Source of the DNA: Planctomycetota bacterium
GTDB taxonomy: Bacteria; Planctomycetota; UBA1135; UBA2386
Length of the DNA stretch: 64,000 nt
Reading direction: 5' to 3'
Assembly (NCBI GenBank): GCA_039029375.1
Contig: JBCCGH010000003.1
Span: 63,375-127,374 of the forward strand
The notes below the pieces were generated by a model. The model made no database searches, was not told the origin of the DNA, and saw only the letters and a program-made list of their open reading frames with translations. The translations under genes and the position numbers were made by a program. This document shows positions 23,559 to 32,835 of the stretch, in pieces (within the stretch, counting starts at the first letter, position 1; every line of letters begins with the position of its first letter).

Positions 23559-25223
23559 TCAGTCCTGCACGCTCGCCACCATGGATCGGGGCGGCATGAC
23601 CGGCTCGAAGGGGATCGAGAGCGAGAAACGCGTCCATTCGCCTTCTTCGGACTCGACCCAAACTTGCCCACCGTGACCGAGCGCGACCTCGCGCACGATG
23701 TGCAGGCCGAGACCCGTGCCGCTGACACAGCCGGTGTTGCTACCGCGCTCAAAGCGCTTGAACAACCGCGGCAGATCCTCGGCCGGGATGCCGATCCCGT
23801 TGTCCTCGACCTCGAACACGTGCTGATCGCCTTCGGCTCGGTGTCGCACCGAGATCCGCGGCCGGCGCTCGGGATGCGTGTACTGCAGCGCGTTGCCGAC
23901 CAGATTCATGAACGCCTTGCTCAGCGCCCAGGTATCGGCGGCGATGGTCGGCAACGGCTCGATCCGGCAGCAGACGTCCTTTTGATCGATCTCGAAGCGG
24001 AGCGTGCGCACGACGTCCGCGACGATCAGCGTGGCGTCGGTCTCCTGGAAATGCAGCTGCACGCCATCGTCGTCTAGTCGCGAGCTATCGAGCAGCTCGT
24101 GCACGAGCTTCTCCATCTGCTGGATCGCCAGGAGACCGTTGTCCACGGCGTCGTGCCCGCGCTTCTCGAGCTCGCCAAAGAGCCCCTGCCGCAGCGAGGA
24201 CAGCATCAGCTTGACGACCGAGAGCGGCCGGTTGAGGTCGTGCACCGTGTTCTGCGCGATCTCGACCAGCTCACGGTTGCGACGCTCCAGCAACCCCTTG
24301 TAGCGATCCAGCTCGCCGAAGTGCTCGGCAAGCTCGACGTTCGTCCGGATCACATCGTCGAGCAGCCGCTCCGGGTCTTCGTCGACGGGATCGGTCGCGA
24401 CCTCGGTCCCGTCGGGAGCGGCGAAGAGCTCGGGGTTGAGGTCGTCGTCACTCAACACCTCGGGCTCCGGCTGGTCGGCCTTCTTGCCGTCGGACAGCCA
24501 GTCGGGCACGGTCACCTGGACCTTGCCGCTGTCGCCGTCGCCACGGTCGTCGCGGCCCTGATCGTGCAGCTCCCAGAGCTTGGCGCGCGCACCCTCGGCG
24601 ACCGTCTCCGGCGCGGCGCCGCGGCGCCCGAGCCCGTACTGCAGCACCTTCGATTCGACGATCTGGCCAGCGGCGTGCACGAACGTCTCAAACACGCCGT
24701 GCCCCTCGCGCGCCACACTCGGAAACGAGGACACTCCCTCGCGCCAAGCAAACGCCTCGTCGAGCTCACCCTCGGGCAGGATGTCGTCCAGATCGCGCTT
24801 GTTGTACTGCAGGACGATCGGCGTGGTCTCCGGGTCGAGACCGTTCGACGACAGATTCTCTTTGAGGCTCAGCAGCGACTGTTGGTTCTCTTCGAGCCGG
24901 CTGCGTTGGCTATCAACGACGAACACCACGGCATCCGCGCCCTGCAACACGTAGCGGCGCATCCGCTTGTACTTGGGCTGCCCCGGCACGGTGAAGCCCT
25001 GGATGCGGATCTTGAAGGTCTCGATCTGGCCGAGATCGATCGGCAGAAAGTCGAAGAGCAGCGTCGAGTCGTCCTCGGTGTTGATCGAGACGAGCTGCAC
25101 CTCGTCCTTGGGGCACAACACGGTGTGCACGTGCTGGAGGGATGTGGTCTTCCCGCCCATGCCGACGCCGTAGTACACCAGCTTGGCGCAGATCGTCTTG
25201 TCTGCGAGATTGATGAATCCCAT
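23559..25223 (-). CDS. MglA-like small GTPase fused to a histidine kinase (HisKA + HATPase_c)
   Basis: The N-terminal 190 aa are collinear with MglA. Matching segments are MGFINLADKTICAKLVYYGVGMGGKTT (P-loop), DSTLLFDFLP (switch I), TVPGQ (switch II), YNKRD and SVAREGHGV. A coiled coil follows. The H-box is VHDLNRPLSVV, the N-box is NLVGNALQYT, and the G-boxes are VEDNGIGIP and GTGLGLHIV. Confidence 0.85.
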   Translation of the reverse strand: MGFINLADKTICAKLVYYGVGMGGKTTSLQHVHTVLCPKDEVQLVSINTEDDSTLLFDFLPIDLGQIETFKIRIQGFTVPGQPKYKRMRRYVLQGADAVVFVVDSQRSRLEENQQSLLSLKENLSSNGLDPETTPIVLQYNKRDLDDILPEGELDEAFAWREGVSSFPSVAREGHGVFETFVHAAGQIVESKVLQYGLGRRGAAPETVAEGARAKLWELHDQGRDDRGDGDSGKVQVTVPDWLSDGKKADQPEPEVLSDDDLNPELFAAPDGTEVATDPVDEDPERLLDDVIRTNVELAEHFGELDRYKGLLERRNRELVEIAQNTVHDLNRPLSVVKLMLSSLRQGLFGELEKRGHDAVDNGLLAIQQMEKLVHELLDSSRLDDDGVQLHFQETDATLIVADVVRTLRFEIDQKDVCCRIEPLPTIAADTWALSKAFMNLVGNALQYTHPERRPRISVRHRAEGDQHVFEVEDNGIGIPAEDLPRLFKRFERGSNTGCVSGTGLGLHIVREVALGHGGQVWVESEEGEWTRFSLSIPFEPVMPPRSMVASVQD

Positions 25224-25366
25224 CGATTCGCTCCCGGGCAGGCGTCCCGCAACCGGCGCATGCCCTGCCTATCCATCGGCTGACCAAGCGAGGCGGCTTG
25301 GGCTCCTGCGCGACGGTCGATCGGTGTCGGGTTTCGCAACAGCGCCGGGCGAGTCGGCCGATCGCC

Positions 25367-26725
25367 CTACCTGGGCTCTCCCGTCGGCGCCGTGGCCTCC
25401 ACGGGAGCGACCGGCGCCCGCGGCACCAGGACGAAGACACCCGTTCGGTCGGACGCCTGCGCCGCTTCGAGCGCGGCCAGCACAGCCTCGCCCGGCACAC
25501 CTCGCGCCAAGGCCTCGGGGTCGTCGGGCCAGCGACGCAGCGCCGCGATCGCCAGCGCCCGGGCCAACGGCTGCAGGGCCCGGGGGTGCACTGTAGCGCC
25601 GGGGACCGCCACCAGCGGCGCCCCGAGCTGCCGCGCAAGGCGCGCCCGGGCCGCCTCGATCTCGGCGGCGCCCGGCGGATCTCGCCGCAGATCGGCGACG
25701 AACTCCGCCAACTCAGCGCGCACCGCGTCCGGCTGGTCGCCGTCGCGAGCCCGGCGATAGACCAGTGCCACCGGGTCGAGCAATGGGTCATAGCGCATCG
25801 GCGGGCAGTCGGCCCAGAACTCGTGCCCGCGGGCAGCTCCCAGCGCCTTCACGGCGCGCGCCCGCACCAGCTCCATCGCCAGCCAGAATGCCGGCAGGCT
25901 GGCATCCTCGGGCTCCGGCGACCGCCACGCGTGGACGGCGTACGGGGCGGCCACACGTCGATGGTCACGCACGGTCGGCGCTCTAGACGAGCGGACGTGC
26001 CGCGCCACGCTCGGGCACGGCCCCCGGGGCCCTTCGAGCTCGCTGAACATCCGATCGACGGTCGCCTCGAGCGCCGCCACCGAGCGCCCGCCAACCAGAA
26101 CGAGCGTGGCGCAGCGCGGCTGCAGGGCGGCGCGCAGGTGCTGCCGCAGCCAGCCAGCGTCGACCACTTCGATGTCGGCGACCGTACCGTGCACCGGCCG
26201 CGCGGCGCCCCGCCCGGCGAGGAGGCCGGCCCGCGCCAGGTTGAGCAAGATTGGCCCAGGGATGAGCTCACTCTCGTCATCGGCGCGGAGGGCGGCGCGC
26301 CAGCGCGCCCGCTCGAGCAGATCGTCATCGCTGCGTTGCGCCAAACGCAACAGTTCGACGAGCGCCGCGAGCGACGCCGCACCACTGGGATCCGGCCCCG
26401 TGCGCGACAGCAAGATCGCCGGCTCGGACACTTCGACCAACGCCACGGGCGTGGCTCCGCTCGGCGCGTCGGGCGCGGGTTCGGCCAACAGGCGCAGCGC
26501 TTCGCCGACCATAGCCGCCGCCCCGGCCGCCCCGTCAGGATCGTGCTGCGCCCCGACGCCCAACGCCAACACCACGCAAGCCCCGCGCGCGTTCGGCATC
26601 GACACGCAGCGCGCGGTGAGCCCGTGATCCAGCGTGCGCACCTTGCCCGCGACGGGCGCCGACTGCGCCGCGCCGTTCGCCGCTACCAGCGCGGCGAGAC
26701 CGAGCCCCCACCACCATGCCCTCAT
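25367..26725 (-). CDS. Secreted M16 (pitrilysin)-like peptidase homolog lacking the HxxEH zinc motif
   Basis: Signal peptide: MRAWWWGLGLAALVAANGAAQ. The N-terminal M16-like pattern is ...LALGVGAQHDPDGAAGAAAMVGEAL, where HxxEH would be expected. The protein is about 450 aa. The 5' end overlaps the ABC gene by 4 nt. Confidence 0.45.
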   Translation of the reverse strand: MRAWWWGLGLAALVAANGAAQSAPVAGKVRTLDHGLTARCVSMPNARGACVVLALGVGAQHDPDGAAGAAAMVGEALRLLAEPAPDAPSGATPVALVEVSEPAILLSRTGPDPSGAASLAALVELLRLAQRSDDDLLERARWRAALRADDESELIPGPILLNLARAGLLAGRGAARPVHGTVADIEVVDAGWLRQHLRAALQPRCATLVLVGGRSVAALEATVDRMFSELEGPRGPCPSVARHVRSSRAPTVRDHRRVAAPYAVHAWRSPEPEDASLPAFWLAMELVRARAVKALGAARGHEFWADCPPMRYDPLLDPVALVYRRARDGDQPDAVRAELAEFVADLRRDPPGAAEIEAARARLARQLGAPLVAVPGATVHPRALQPLARALAIAALRRWPDDPEALARGVPGEAVLAALEAAQASDRTGVFVLVPRAPVAPVEATAPTGEPR

Positions 26726-28059
26726 CCCGCTACCGCGACTTGTCGGCCGCGCTCCAGTCGAATCATTCGGTCGGCGCAGGCCTCGGCCAGCCCGACGTCG
26801 TGCGTGATCAACACACAGGCCGCGCCGCTCGTCTGCAGCACCGCCAACAACAGCGCGACGACGCCAACCGCGGTGGCCCGATCGAGGGACGCGGTCGGTT
26901 CATCGAGGATCAAGATCTCGGGCCGCACCGCCAAGGCGCGCAAGAGCGCGGCGCGACGGCGCTCCCCGCCCGATAACGCGGCGGCGGGGCGCGCCAGATG
27001 CGCGGACGTCAGGTGCAGCTGCGCCGCGGTCGCATCGAGGTCGAAGCCCGGCACCGCGACCTCACGTACCAACGCGCCGACGGGCACACCGGGAGTCAAT
27101 GAGGCAAACGCGTCTTGAAACAGCAGTTGCACTGCAGCGCGCGGGGCCGGCCGCTCGACCTTGCCCGTGGTTGGACGCAGGTGCTGCGCCAGCAGCTTGG
27201 CGAGCGTGGTCTTGCCCGCGCCGGATGGCCCCACCACGGCCACCACTTCGCCGGCAGCGAGCGTCAGGTCGAGGTCGCGCAGAATCCAGTGGCGCCCGCC
27301 GATCCGCCGGCCGAGGCCGTAGCACCGCAGCACGGCGCGAGCGGTCGGGGCGCGTCGCTCGCGGCTGGGCCAGGGCGGCAGGGCCGGGGCGCCCGCGACA
27401 AAGACCCCGCCACTGGTGAAGTGCAGGGGCGTGGCGGCCAGCGCGCGGACGACGGCGTGGTCGTGCGTCGCCACAAGGACAGCAGTGCCGTGCAGGCGCC
27501 GCACCGCCGCGAGCGCGTCGAGCACGCGCTTGGCGATCGCGTCGTCGAGACCCGCGGTTGGCTCATCGGCGATCAACAGCGCCGGACGGCGCAGCATGGC
27601 GGCGGCGAGGGAGCAGCGCTGGGCCTGCCCACCGGAGATCTGATGCGGATACCGCCGCATCAGCAGACGGGGCTCGGCGATCCCGACGTCCGCCAGCGCC
27701 TGCGCGACGTCCACGCGGGCGCGGCGACTGGCGATCGCCAGCTGCTCGCCCAGGCGCACCAGCGGATCGAAGGCGCTCGGAGCGTCCTGCGGCGCGATGG
27801 CCACGTGGTTGCGCAGCAGCTCCCGCAGCCCGGCACCCGCCGGCAGGGCGTCTCCCAGACAGTGCACTTCACCGCGGATCCCCAGCCCTGGATCCAGGCG
27901 AAACAACCCCCGAAGTACACTGGTCTTCCCGCAACCCGAGGGACCGAGCAGGGCCGCGGCTCCGCCGGGATCGAGCGCCAGCTCCGGGACTTCCGCTCGC
28001 ATCGCCGGGACGCGCTCCACGGCGAAGCCGCGTAGGCTCAGGACGGGCTCGGCGGCCAC
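26722..28059 (-). CDS. ABC transporter ATP-binding protein with two fused nucleotide-binding domains
   Basis: Walker A motifs: GPSGCGKTS and GPSGAGKTT. Signature motifs: ISGGQAQRCSLA and LSGGERRRAALL. Walker B motifs: LLIADEPTAGLD and ILILDEPTASLD. Confidence 0.85.
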   Translation of the reverse strand: MAAEPVLSLRGFAVERVPAMRAEVPELALDPGGAAALLGPSGCGKTSVLRGLFRLDPGLGIRGEVHCLGDALPAGAGLRELLRNHVAIAPQDAPSAFDPLVRLGEQLAIASRRARVDVAQALADVGIAEPRLLMRRYPHQISGGQAQRCSLAAAMLRRPALLIADEPTAGLDDAIAKRVLDALAAVRRLHGTAVLVATHDHAVVRALAATPLHFTSGGVFVAGAPALPPWPSRERRAPTARAVLRCYGLGRRIGGRHWILRDLDLTLAAGEVVAVVGPSGAGKTTLAKLLAQHLRPTTGKVERPAPRAAVQLLFQDAFASLTPGVPVGALVREVAVPGFDLDATAAQLHLTSAHLARPAAALSGGERRRAALLRALAVRPEILILDEPTASLDRATAVGVVALLLAVLQTSGAACVLITHDVGLAEACADRMIRLERGRQVAVAG

Positions 28060-28168
28060 GGCGTCGAGGCGCGACCACGCCGCGCGGGGTTTCGGCAGGT
28101 TGAGCTCGGCACTCGGCTTGCTGGAGCGTATGGGTAACCGCTTCCTGCACCTCGCAGACTACATAGCC

Positions 28169-29320
28169 ATGATCCGGACCGCCATCACCGTCGCGATCGC
28201 CTGCGCCGTCATCAGCGGCGCCCCGGCCCGAGCTCAGGAGGGCGGCTCGGGCACTCCACTCGATGCACTGCACGAGGCCTACCAGCAGGAGCGCCTCAAG
28301 CTGCTGCAGGGCAGCGCCGGCTTCGAGGCGATGCGGGAGCTCACCGAGGGCTTTGTCACCAAGCTGGCGAAGTTCGTGGCCGAGGACGCCAAGGGCACCG
28401 ATCGCCACAACGGGCGGCTCATGCTCGTCGACTACCGGCTGAGCCTCGGCCAGCGCGAGCAAGCGACGGAGGCGCTGCTCGAGCTCGACGCCGAGTCGGC
28501 GCCGGCGTTGGCGCTCGCCGGCGCCGCCGAGTTTGCCAAATACCTCGACCTGCAAGAAACACGCGCCGCGTGGATCGAGGCGGCGCTGGCCAAGAAGGAG
28601 TCGTTTGAGAATCGCATGGCGCTGGGCATGCACCTCATGACACGCCTAGAGGAGATCGAGCAGGGCGAGGCGGTGTTTGCCGCGGCGTTCGCGGCGGCCG
28701 GCGACGACGAGGCGCGCGCCCGGGTCCGCTGGTACCAGGCCGCGGCGCTCCGCGAACGCGAGGACCTCGGCGAAGACGACTACGAGACCGCGCTCAAGGA
28801 GCTGGCCGAGGAGTTCCCGGACACGCGCTTTGGCGACATCGCCACCGACCGGCTCCTCGCCCGCATGCTCAAGCCCGGCGCCGACGCCATCGGTCTGGCG
28901 GCGCGGGCCCTCGACGGCAGCGAAGTGCGGTTGAGCGGTCTCACCGGCAAGGTCGTGCTCCTCGACTTCTGGGCCACCTGGTGTGGCCCTTGTCGCGACG
29001 TCATGCCGGCGCTCCGTGAGCTCTACACGGAGCACCACGAGCGGGGCCTCGAGGTGATCAGCATCGCCATGGACCCGGACGTCGACGCGGTGCGCCGCCT
29101 CGTCGCCGAGCAGAAGATGGAGTGGCCGGTCATCTGCGATGGCGACGGCCCCATGTCCGAGCCAGCCCTGCGCTGGGCGGTCGACGGCCCACCGCGGATG
29201 GTGCTGATCGGCCGCGATGGCAAGATCGCCGAGCTGCGCCTGTTTCCCTACGACCCGACCGGCCTCGAGCGGGCACGGGCCGCGATCGACACGGCGCTGG
29301 CACAGGACGCGGGTCAGTAG
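28169..29320 (+). CDS. TlpA-family thiol:disulfide oxidoreductase with N-terminal helical (TPR-like) domain
   Basis: Signal peptide MIRTAITVAIACAVISGAPARAQ (ATG 28169; 28130 is an alternative). The thioredoxin fold carries LLDFWATWCGPCR. Confidence 0.8.
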   Translation: MIRTAITVAIACAVISGAPARAQEGGSGTPLDALHEAYQQERLKLLQGSAGFEAMRELTEGFVTKLAKFVAEDAKGTDRHNGRLMLVDYRLSLGQREQATEALLELDAESAPALALAGAAEFAKYLDLQETRAAWIEAALAKKESFENRMALGMHLMTRLEEIEQGEAVFAAAFAAAGDDEARARVRWYQAAALREREDLGEDDYETALKELAEEFPDTRFGDIATDRLLARMLKPGADAIGLAARALDGSEVRLSGLTGKVVLLDFWATWCGPCRDVMPALRELYTEHHERGLEVISIAMDPDVDAVRRLVAEQKMEWPVICDGDGPMSEPALRWAVDGPPRMVLIGRDGKIAELRLFPYDPTGLERARAAIDTALAQDAGQ

Positions 29321-29331
29321 CGGGATCGCGC

Positions 29332-30219
29332 GTGAAGCCTGCTGACGAACGCACGGCCCGCTTCTGGGAGGCGAGCCACGCCGCAGACTGCGCCGCCGAT
29401 GCGTTTCTCGAGCATCCGGTCATCCAAGCGTACTTGTCGCTGCGCGCCTACGGCAGCACGCGAGCGCATCTGGACGTCGCGATCGACGAGCTGCGCCAGC
29501 GCACCGCCCCTGGCGCGCGGATCCTGTCGGTCGGCTGTGGCGCCGCCAACAAGGAGCGGGTGATCTGCCGCGCGCTGCCCGACCGCCAGATGTTCGGCGT
29601 GGACGTCGCGCGGCAGACACTCGCTCGCACCGCCGAGGAGTGCCGGGCCGAGGGCATTGACAACCTCACGCTGGACTACGGCGACTTCAACGCGCTCGAC
29701 CTCGAGCCCGCGTCGTTTGACGCGATCCTTGGGCTTGGTGCGATCCACCACGTTGAGAACCTGGAGAGCTTTTGGACGCAGTGCCGGAGCGCGCTGCGGC
29801 CGGCCGGGTTCGTGCTCGCGCAGGAGTATGTCGGGCCGAGCCGCTTCCAATGGACGGACGCGCAGATCGCGCACGGCAACCGCGTGCTCGCTGACCTCGT
29901 ACCGCGCGCGCTTCAGGTGCATCACACCGAGGTCCAGCGGGTCGTCCTCGCGGAGATCATCGCCGCCGACCCCTCCGAGGCAGTGCGCTCCGAGGAGTTG
30001 CTGTCGACGTGCACGGCCGCCGGCCTGCGCCTGGACGCGCATCACGGCGCGGGCTGCGGCCTACTGCTGCCGGTCCTGTGGGACCAAGTACACGCCTTCG
30101 ACCCGCACGATTGGGACCACAATCATGTGCTGTTCCAGCTGTTCGCTGCCGAAGCCCAGCTCATCGACGACGGCGTCGTGGGCGACTGCTACGCGATGTT
30201 CTCAGCCGTCCCGGCCTAG
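29332..30219 (+). CDS. Class I SAM-dependent methyltransferase
   Basis: Motif I is RILSVGCGAANKE, followed by FDAILGLGAIHHV. The GTG start at 29332 lies 12 nt after the upstream stop. The stop TAG at 30217-30219 lies in the terminus of MITE A copy 2. Confidence 0.75.
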   Translation: MKPADERTARFWEASHAADCAADAFLEHPVIQAYLSLRAYGSTRAHLDVAIDELRQRTAPGARILSVGCGAANKERVICRALPDRQMFGVDVARQTLARTAEECRAEGIDNLTLDYGDFNALDLEPASFDAILGLGAIHHVENLESFWTQCRSALRPAGFVLAQEYVGPSRFQWTDAQIAHGNRVLADLVPRALQVHHTEVQRVVLAEIIAADPSEAVRSEELLSTCTAAGLRLDAHHGAGCGLLLPVLWDQVHAFDPHDWDHNHVLFQLFAAEAQLIDDGVVGDCYAMFSAVPA

Positions 30220-30384
30220 TGGTGTGTCTCCGAAGTTCGTCACATATGGCGCCGGCCCTCCGCGCCGTTCGCTGCGTTGTGTCGCCTCAACTTGTCCACC
30301 AACAAGCCCTGCGGCGACAACGCCTTGCGAACGACACAGATTCCTCGCCGACTTATGCAACGAACTTCGGAGACACACCACTAG
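30216..30384. mobile_element. MITE-like palindromic element A, copy 2 (complete, 169 bp)
   Basis: Perfect 25-nt terminal inverted repeats: ctagtggtgtgtctccgaagttcgt ... acgaacttcggagacacaccactag. The element fills the whole gap between two convergent genes. Both stop codons are the TAG of the terminal CTAGs. Confidence 0.85.
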
Positions 30385-31058
30385 CACGACACGAGCCAAG
30401 CGATACCGACCACGATCGACACGGTGCCGACGGCGACCATCAGCCGCGGCACCGCCCGATCACCACAGGAGCGCACCAGCCAGCCGATCGCACCGCCGAA
30501 CCCGGTCATGATCGCGACGCTGGCAGCGAGGTAGCTGCCGATGAAGACCGCGGCGTCCGGTGGGGCCATCGCCAGCGACGGGATGACGGCCCAGAAGTGA
30601 CCCGCGCCGGCGAGACCGTGCAGCACGCCAACGCCAAACGCAGCGTGGCGGTGACCGTGCGGGGGAGCGGCGGGCCCGTGTGCATCGCCATCATGCCGAT
30701 GCTCGGGGTGGTGCACGTGGAGATGCACGTGCTCGCCCTCGCCGTGCGAATGCGCGTGGTCGTGCACGACCAGCCCCCGCGCCCGGCGCAACGCCGTCAA
30801 GCCGATCACGATGAGCACGACACCGACCAGGCGCTCCGCCCATCCCGATGCGATCTCGACGTCGGTGAACGACAGCGCCGTTTGCCCCAGCAGACCGAGC
30901 AGCGCCACGCCGAGGCCGTGGCCCAAACCCCACAGGGCACCGATGGCCGACGGGCGCAGGCGACGGGGCGCGCCGACGGCCAAGGGGGCCACGCCGGCCA
31001 GATGATCCGGGCCGGTCATCACGTGGGCAGCGCCGGCGAGGAGTCCCTGGACGATCAT
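30381..31058 (-). CDS. HupE/UreJ- or NicO-like nickel/cobalt transporter with a His-rich loop
   Basis: The N-terminal motif AAHVMTGPDHLAG is the H-x5-DH type. There are about 6 hydrophobic segments. The central loop is HDHAHSHGEGEHVHLHVHHPEHRHDGDAHG.... Confidence 0.55.
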   Translation of the reverse strand: MIVQGLLAGAAHVMTGPDHLAGVAPLAVGAPRRLRPSAIGALWGLGHGLGVALLGLLGQTALSFTDVEIASGWAERLVGVVLIVIGLTALRRARGLVVHDHAHSHGEGEHVHLHVHHPEHRHDGDAHGPAAPPHGHRHAAFGVGVLHGLAGAGHFWAVIPSLAMAPPDAAVFIGSYLAASVAIMTGFGGAIGWLVRSCGDRAVPRLMVAVGTVSIVVGIAWLVSC

Positions 31059-31273
31059 GCGTTCACCGCCGCCGATCGTACCGGATGCGGACTCCACAAC
31101 AACGGCGACGACGCGGGCCCCGTTCCGGGCCTACGACCAGGGCCAAACGGCCGCGGCCGCGAGCGCTGCAACAGCGTCCCGCGGCCGCGCGGGGCCTGCC
31201 CATCGGTCACCCGATGGAACAGGCCCCCCTGATGCCAAGACGCCCTCCCCGCGAGGGCGCCGGTGCACACCGG

Positions 31274-32527
31274 TCACTTGAAGTTCTTCATCAAGAACTT
31301 CCGGTAGAGCAGCACCTCGCCCTTGTCGTCGATGTGGACGCGGGTCTTGTCGCCCGCGAGGTGGTCCTTGTCGACGACGGCGTAGTAGACGTGGCCGATT
31401 TCGTCGCTGGCCTTCACCAGGATGGCGACCTGGATCTCGCTCATGTCCTCCTTCATGAAGCGATCGATCGCCCAGCGCCAGCTCTCGCGCCGCTCCCAGG
31501 CGTGCATCGGGATGTGCATCGCGAGCACTTCCTCCTTGCTGTGCTTCTTCTTCCACGCCTTTTCGACCAAAGCCAGGATCGCGGCCTTATCGCCACCGTT
31601 GTAGAGGTCCTTGGGCGTGGTGTTCTTCTCGAGGATCTGGGTCTCCATGCTCGCCTGGGTCTGCGCGACGAGCTTCTCCGAAGCCTTGTGGGCCTTGCGG
31701 AGACGCTTCACCTCGGCATTGCCGGGATCGAGCAGCTCCAGCTGCTGCAGGTAGAGCTCGGTCCGGGCGAACGACTGCTGGATCCCACCGGCCGTGAACG
31801 GCCGGGTATCGCCGCGCTCTTTGGCGAGCTCCACCAGTCGCTCGACCTGGCCGAACTCCCACTCGACCTGACCAGGCAGCTGCGGGATGACCTTCTGCGC
31901 CTCGTCGCGGAACTTCTGCAGCTTGTAGTCAAAGCTCCGGATCGCGTTGTTCATGTTGGTGCCAACGTGTTGCCCCAGCACTCCGGCGTAGCGCTCTGCC
32001 ATCGCGTCGCGGCACTTGACCAGCTCGGGCATCTTGCTGACCGTGTCGATCGCCCGCTGCGCGTACTTCGCGTTGGTCGTCGGCTCGTGGATCATCCTCT
32101 CGAGCGCCTGGAGCTGCTTGGCGTCCTCTTCGATCGAGCCGGCGGCAGCCTCGGCAGCCTGGGCCTGGCCAGCCTGCGCGGCTTGAAACACCTGCTGGGC
32201 GGCAAGCAGCTCGGAGGCCCGATTCGCCGCTCGCTGCTGGAGCGCCTTGACAGCGTCGTCGTCCGCCGGCAACTGCGCCAAGCGCGACAGCACGTTGTTG
32301 AGCTTCTGGCCCGCCCAATTGACCTCGTTGAGCGCGGCTTGCAGCTCGTGGGGTGCCATCGACGCCGCGTTCTTGGCCTTCTCGGTCAGCTTCGGGACGT
32401 TCTTGTCGACGTCCTTCATGTAGTACTCGGCGTCGGCGAGCGGGCGCTGCAGGGATGGCGCGGCCTGGAGGGTGGTGACGGCGAGGAAGAGTGCTGTGGC
32501 GATCGCGACGAGGGTGATCAGTTGCAT
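31274..32527 (-). CDS. Secreted hypothetical protein, Lys/Gln/Ala-rich and helical
   Basis: Signal peptide: MQLITLVAIATALFLAVTTLQA. I recognise no domain. It is visibly more A/T- and Lys-rich than its neighbours (...KAWKKKHSKEEV..., ends ...LLYRKFLMKNFK). Confidence 0.55.
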   Translation of the reverse strand: MQLITLVAIATALFLAVTTLQAAPSLQRPLADAEYYMKDVDKNVPKLTEKAKNAASMAPHELQAALNEVNWAGQKLNNVLSRLAQLPADDDAVKALQQRAANRASELLAAQQVFQAAQAGQAQAAEAAAGSIEEDAKQLQALERMIHEPTTNAKYAQRAIDTVSKMPELVKCRDAMAERYAGVLGQHVGTNMNNAIRSFDYKLQKFRDEAQKVIPQLPGQVEWEFGQVERLVELAKERGDTRPFTAGGIQQSFARTELYLQQLELLDPGNAEVKRLRKAHKASEKLVAQTQASMETQILEKNTTPKDLYNGGDKAAILALVEKAWKKKHSKEEVLAMHIPMHAWERRESWRWAIDRFMKEDMSEIQVAILVKASDEIGHVYYAVVDKDHLAGDKTRVHIDDKGEVLLYRKFLMKNFK

Positions 32528-32835
32528 CGTTCGGGTCTCCGGTTTCGGTCGGGAGCAGGCGAAAAGGCCTGCCCTGCCCGTCCCGCGAGAAGGCCGGCTG
32601 AAACACGCAAACGGTCTCTGAGAAATCTTCTGGCTCTGGGCGGGGCCAGCGCGAAGCGCGGGCCACTGCGACCCATCGGCCCGGTCCTGGGTGTCACCCA
32701 TGTACTCGGGTCGCCACCCCGGACGCCCACCTTCATTCCCCAACTCCCGATGCCGGGGCGGCTCCGCCCCCATCCCCGAGAATTCCGCAGCTTCCATTGC
32801 GTGTTCCGCCTCGGGATTTCGCGGGTCCCAGCAAC

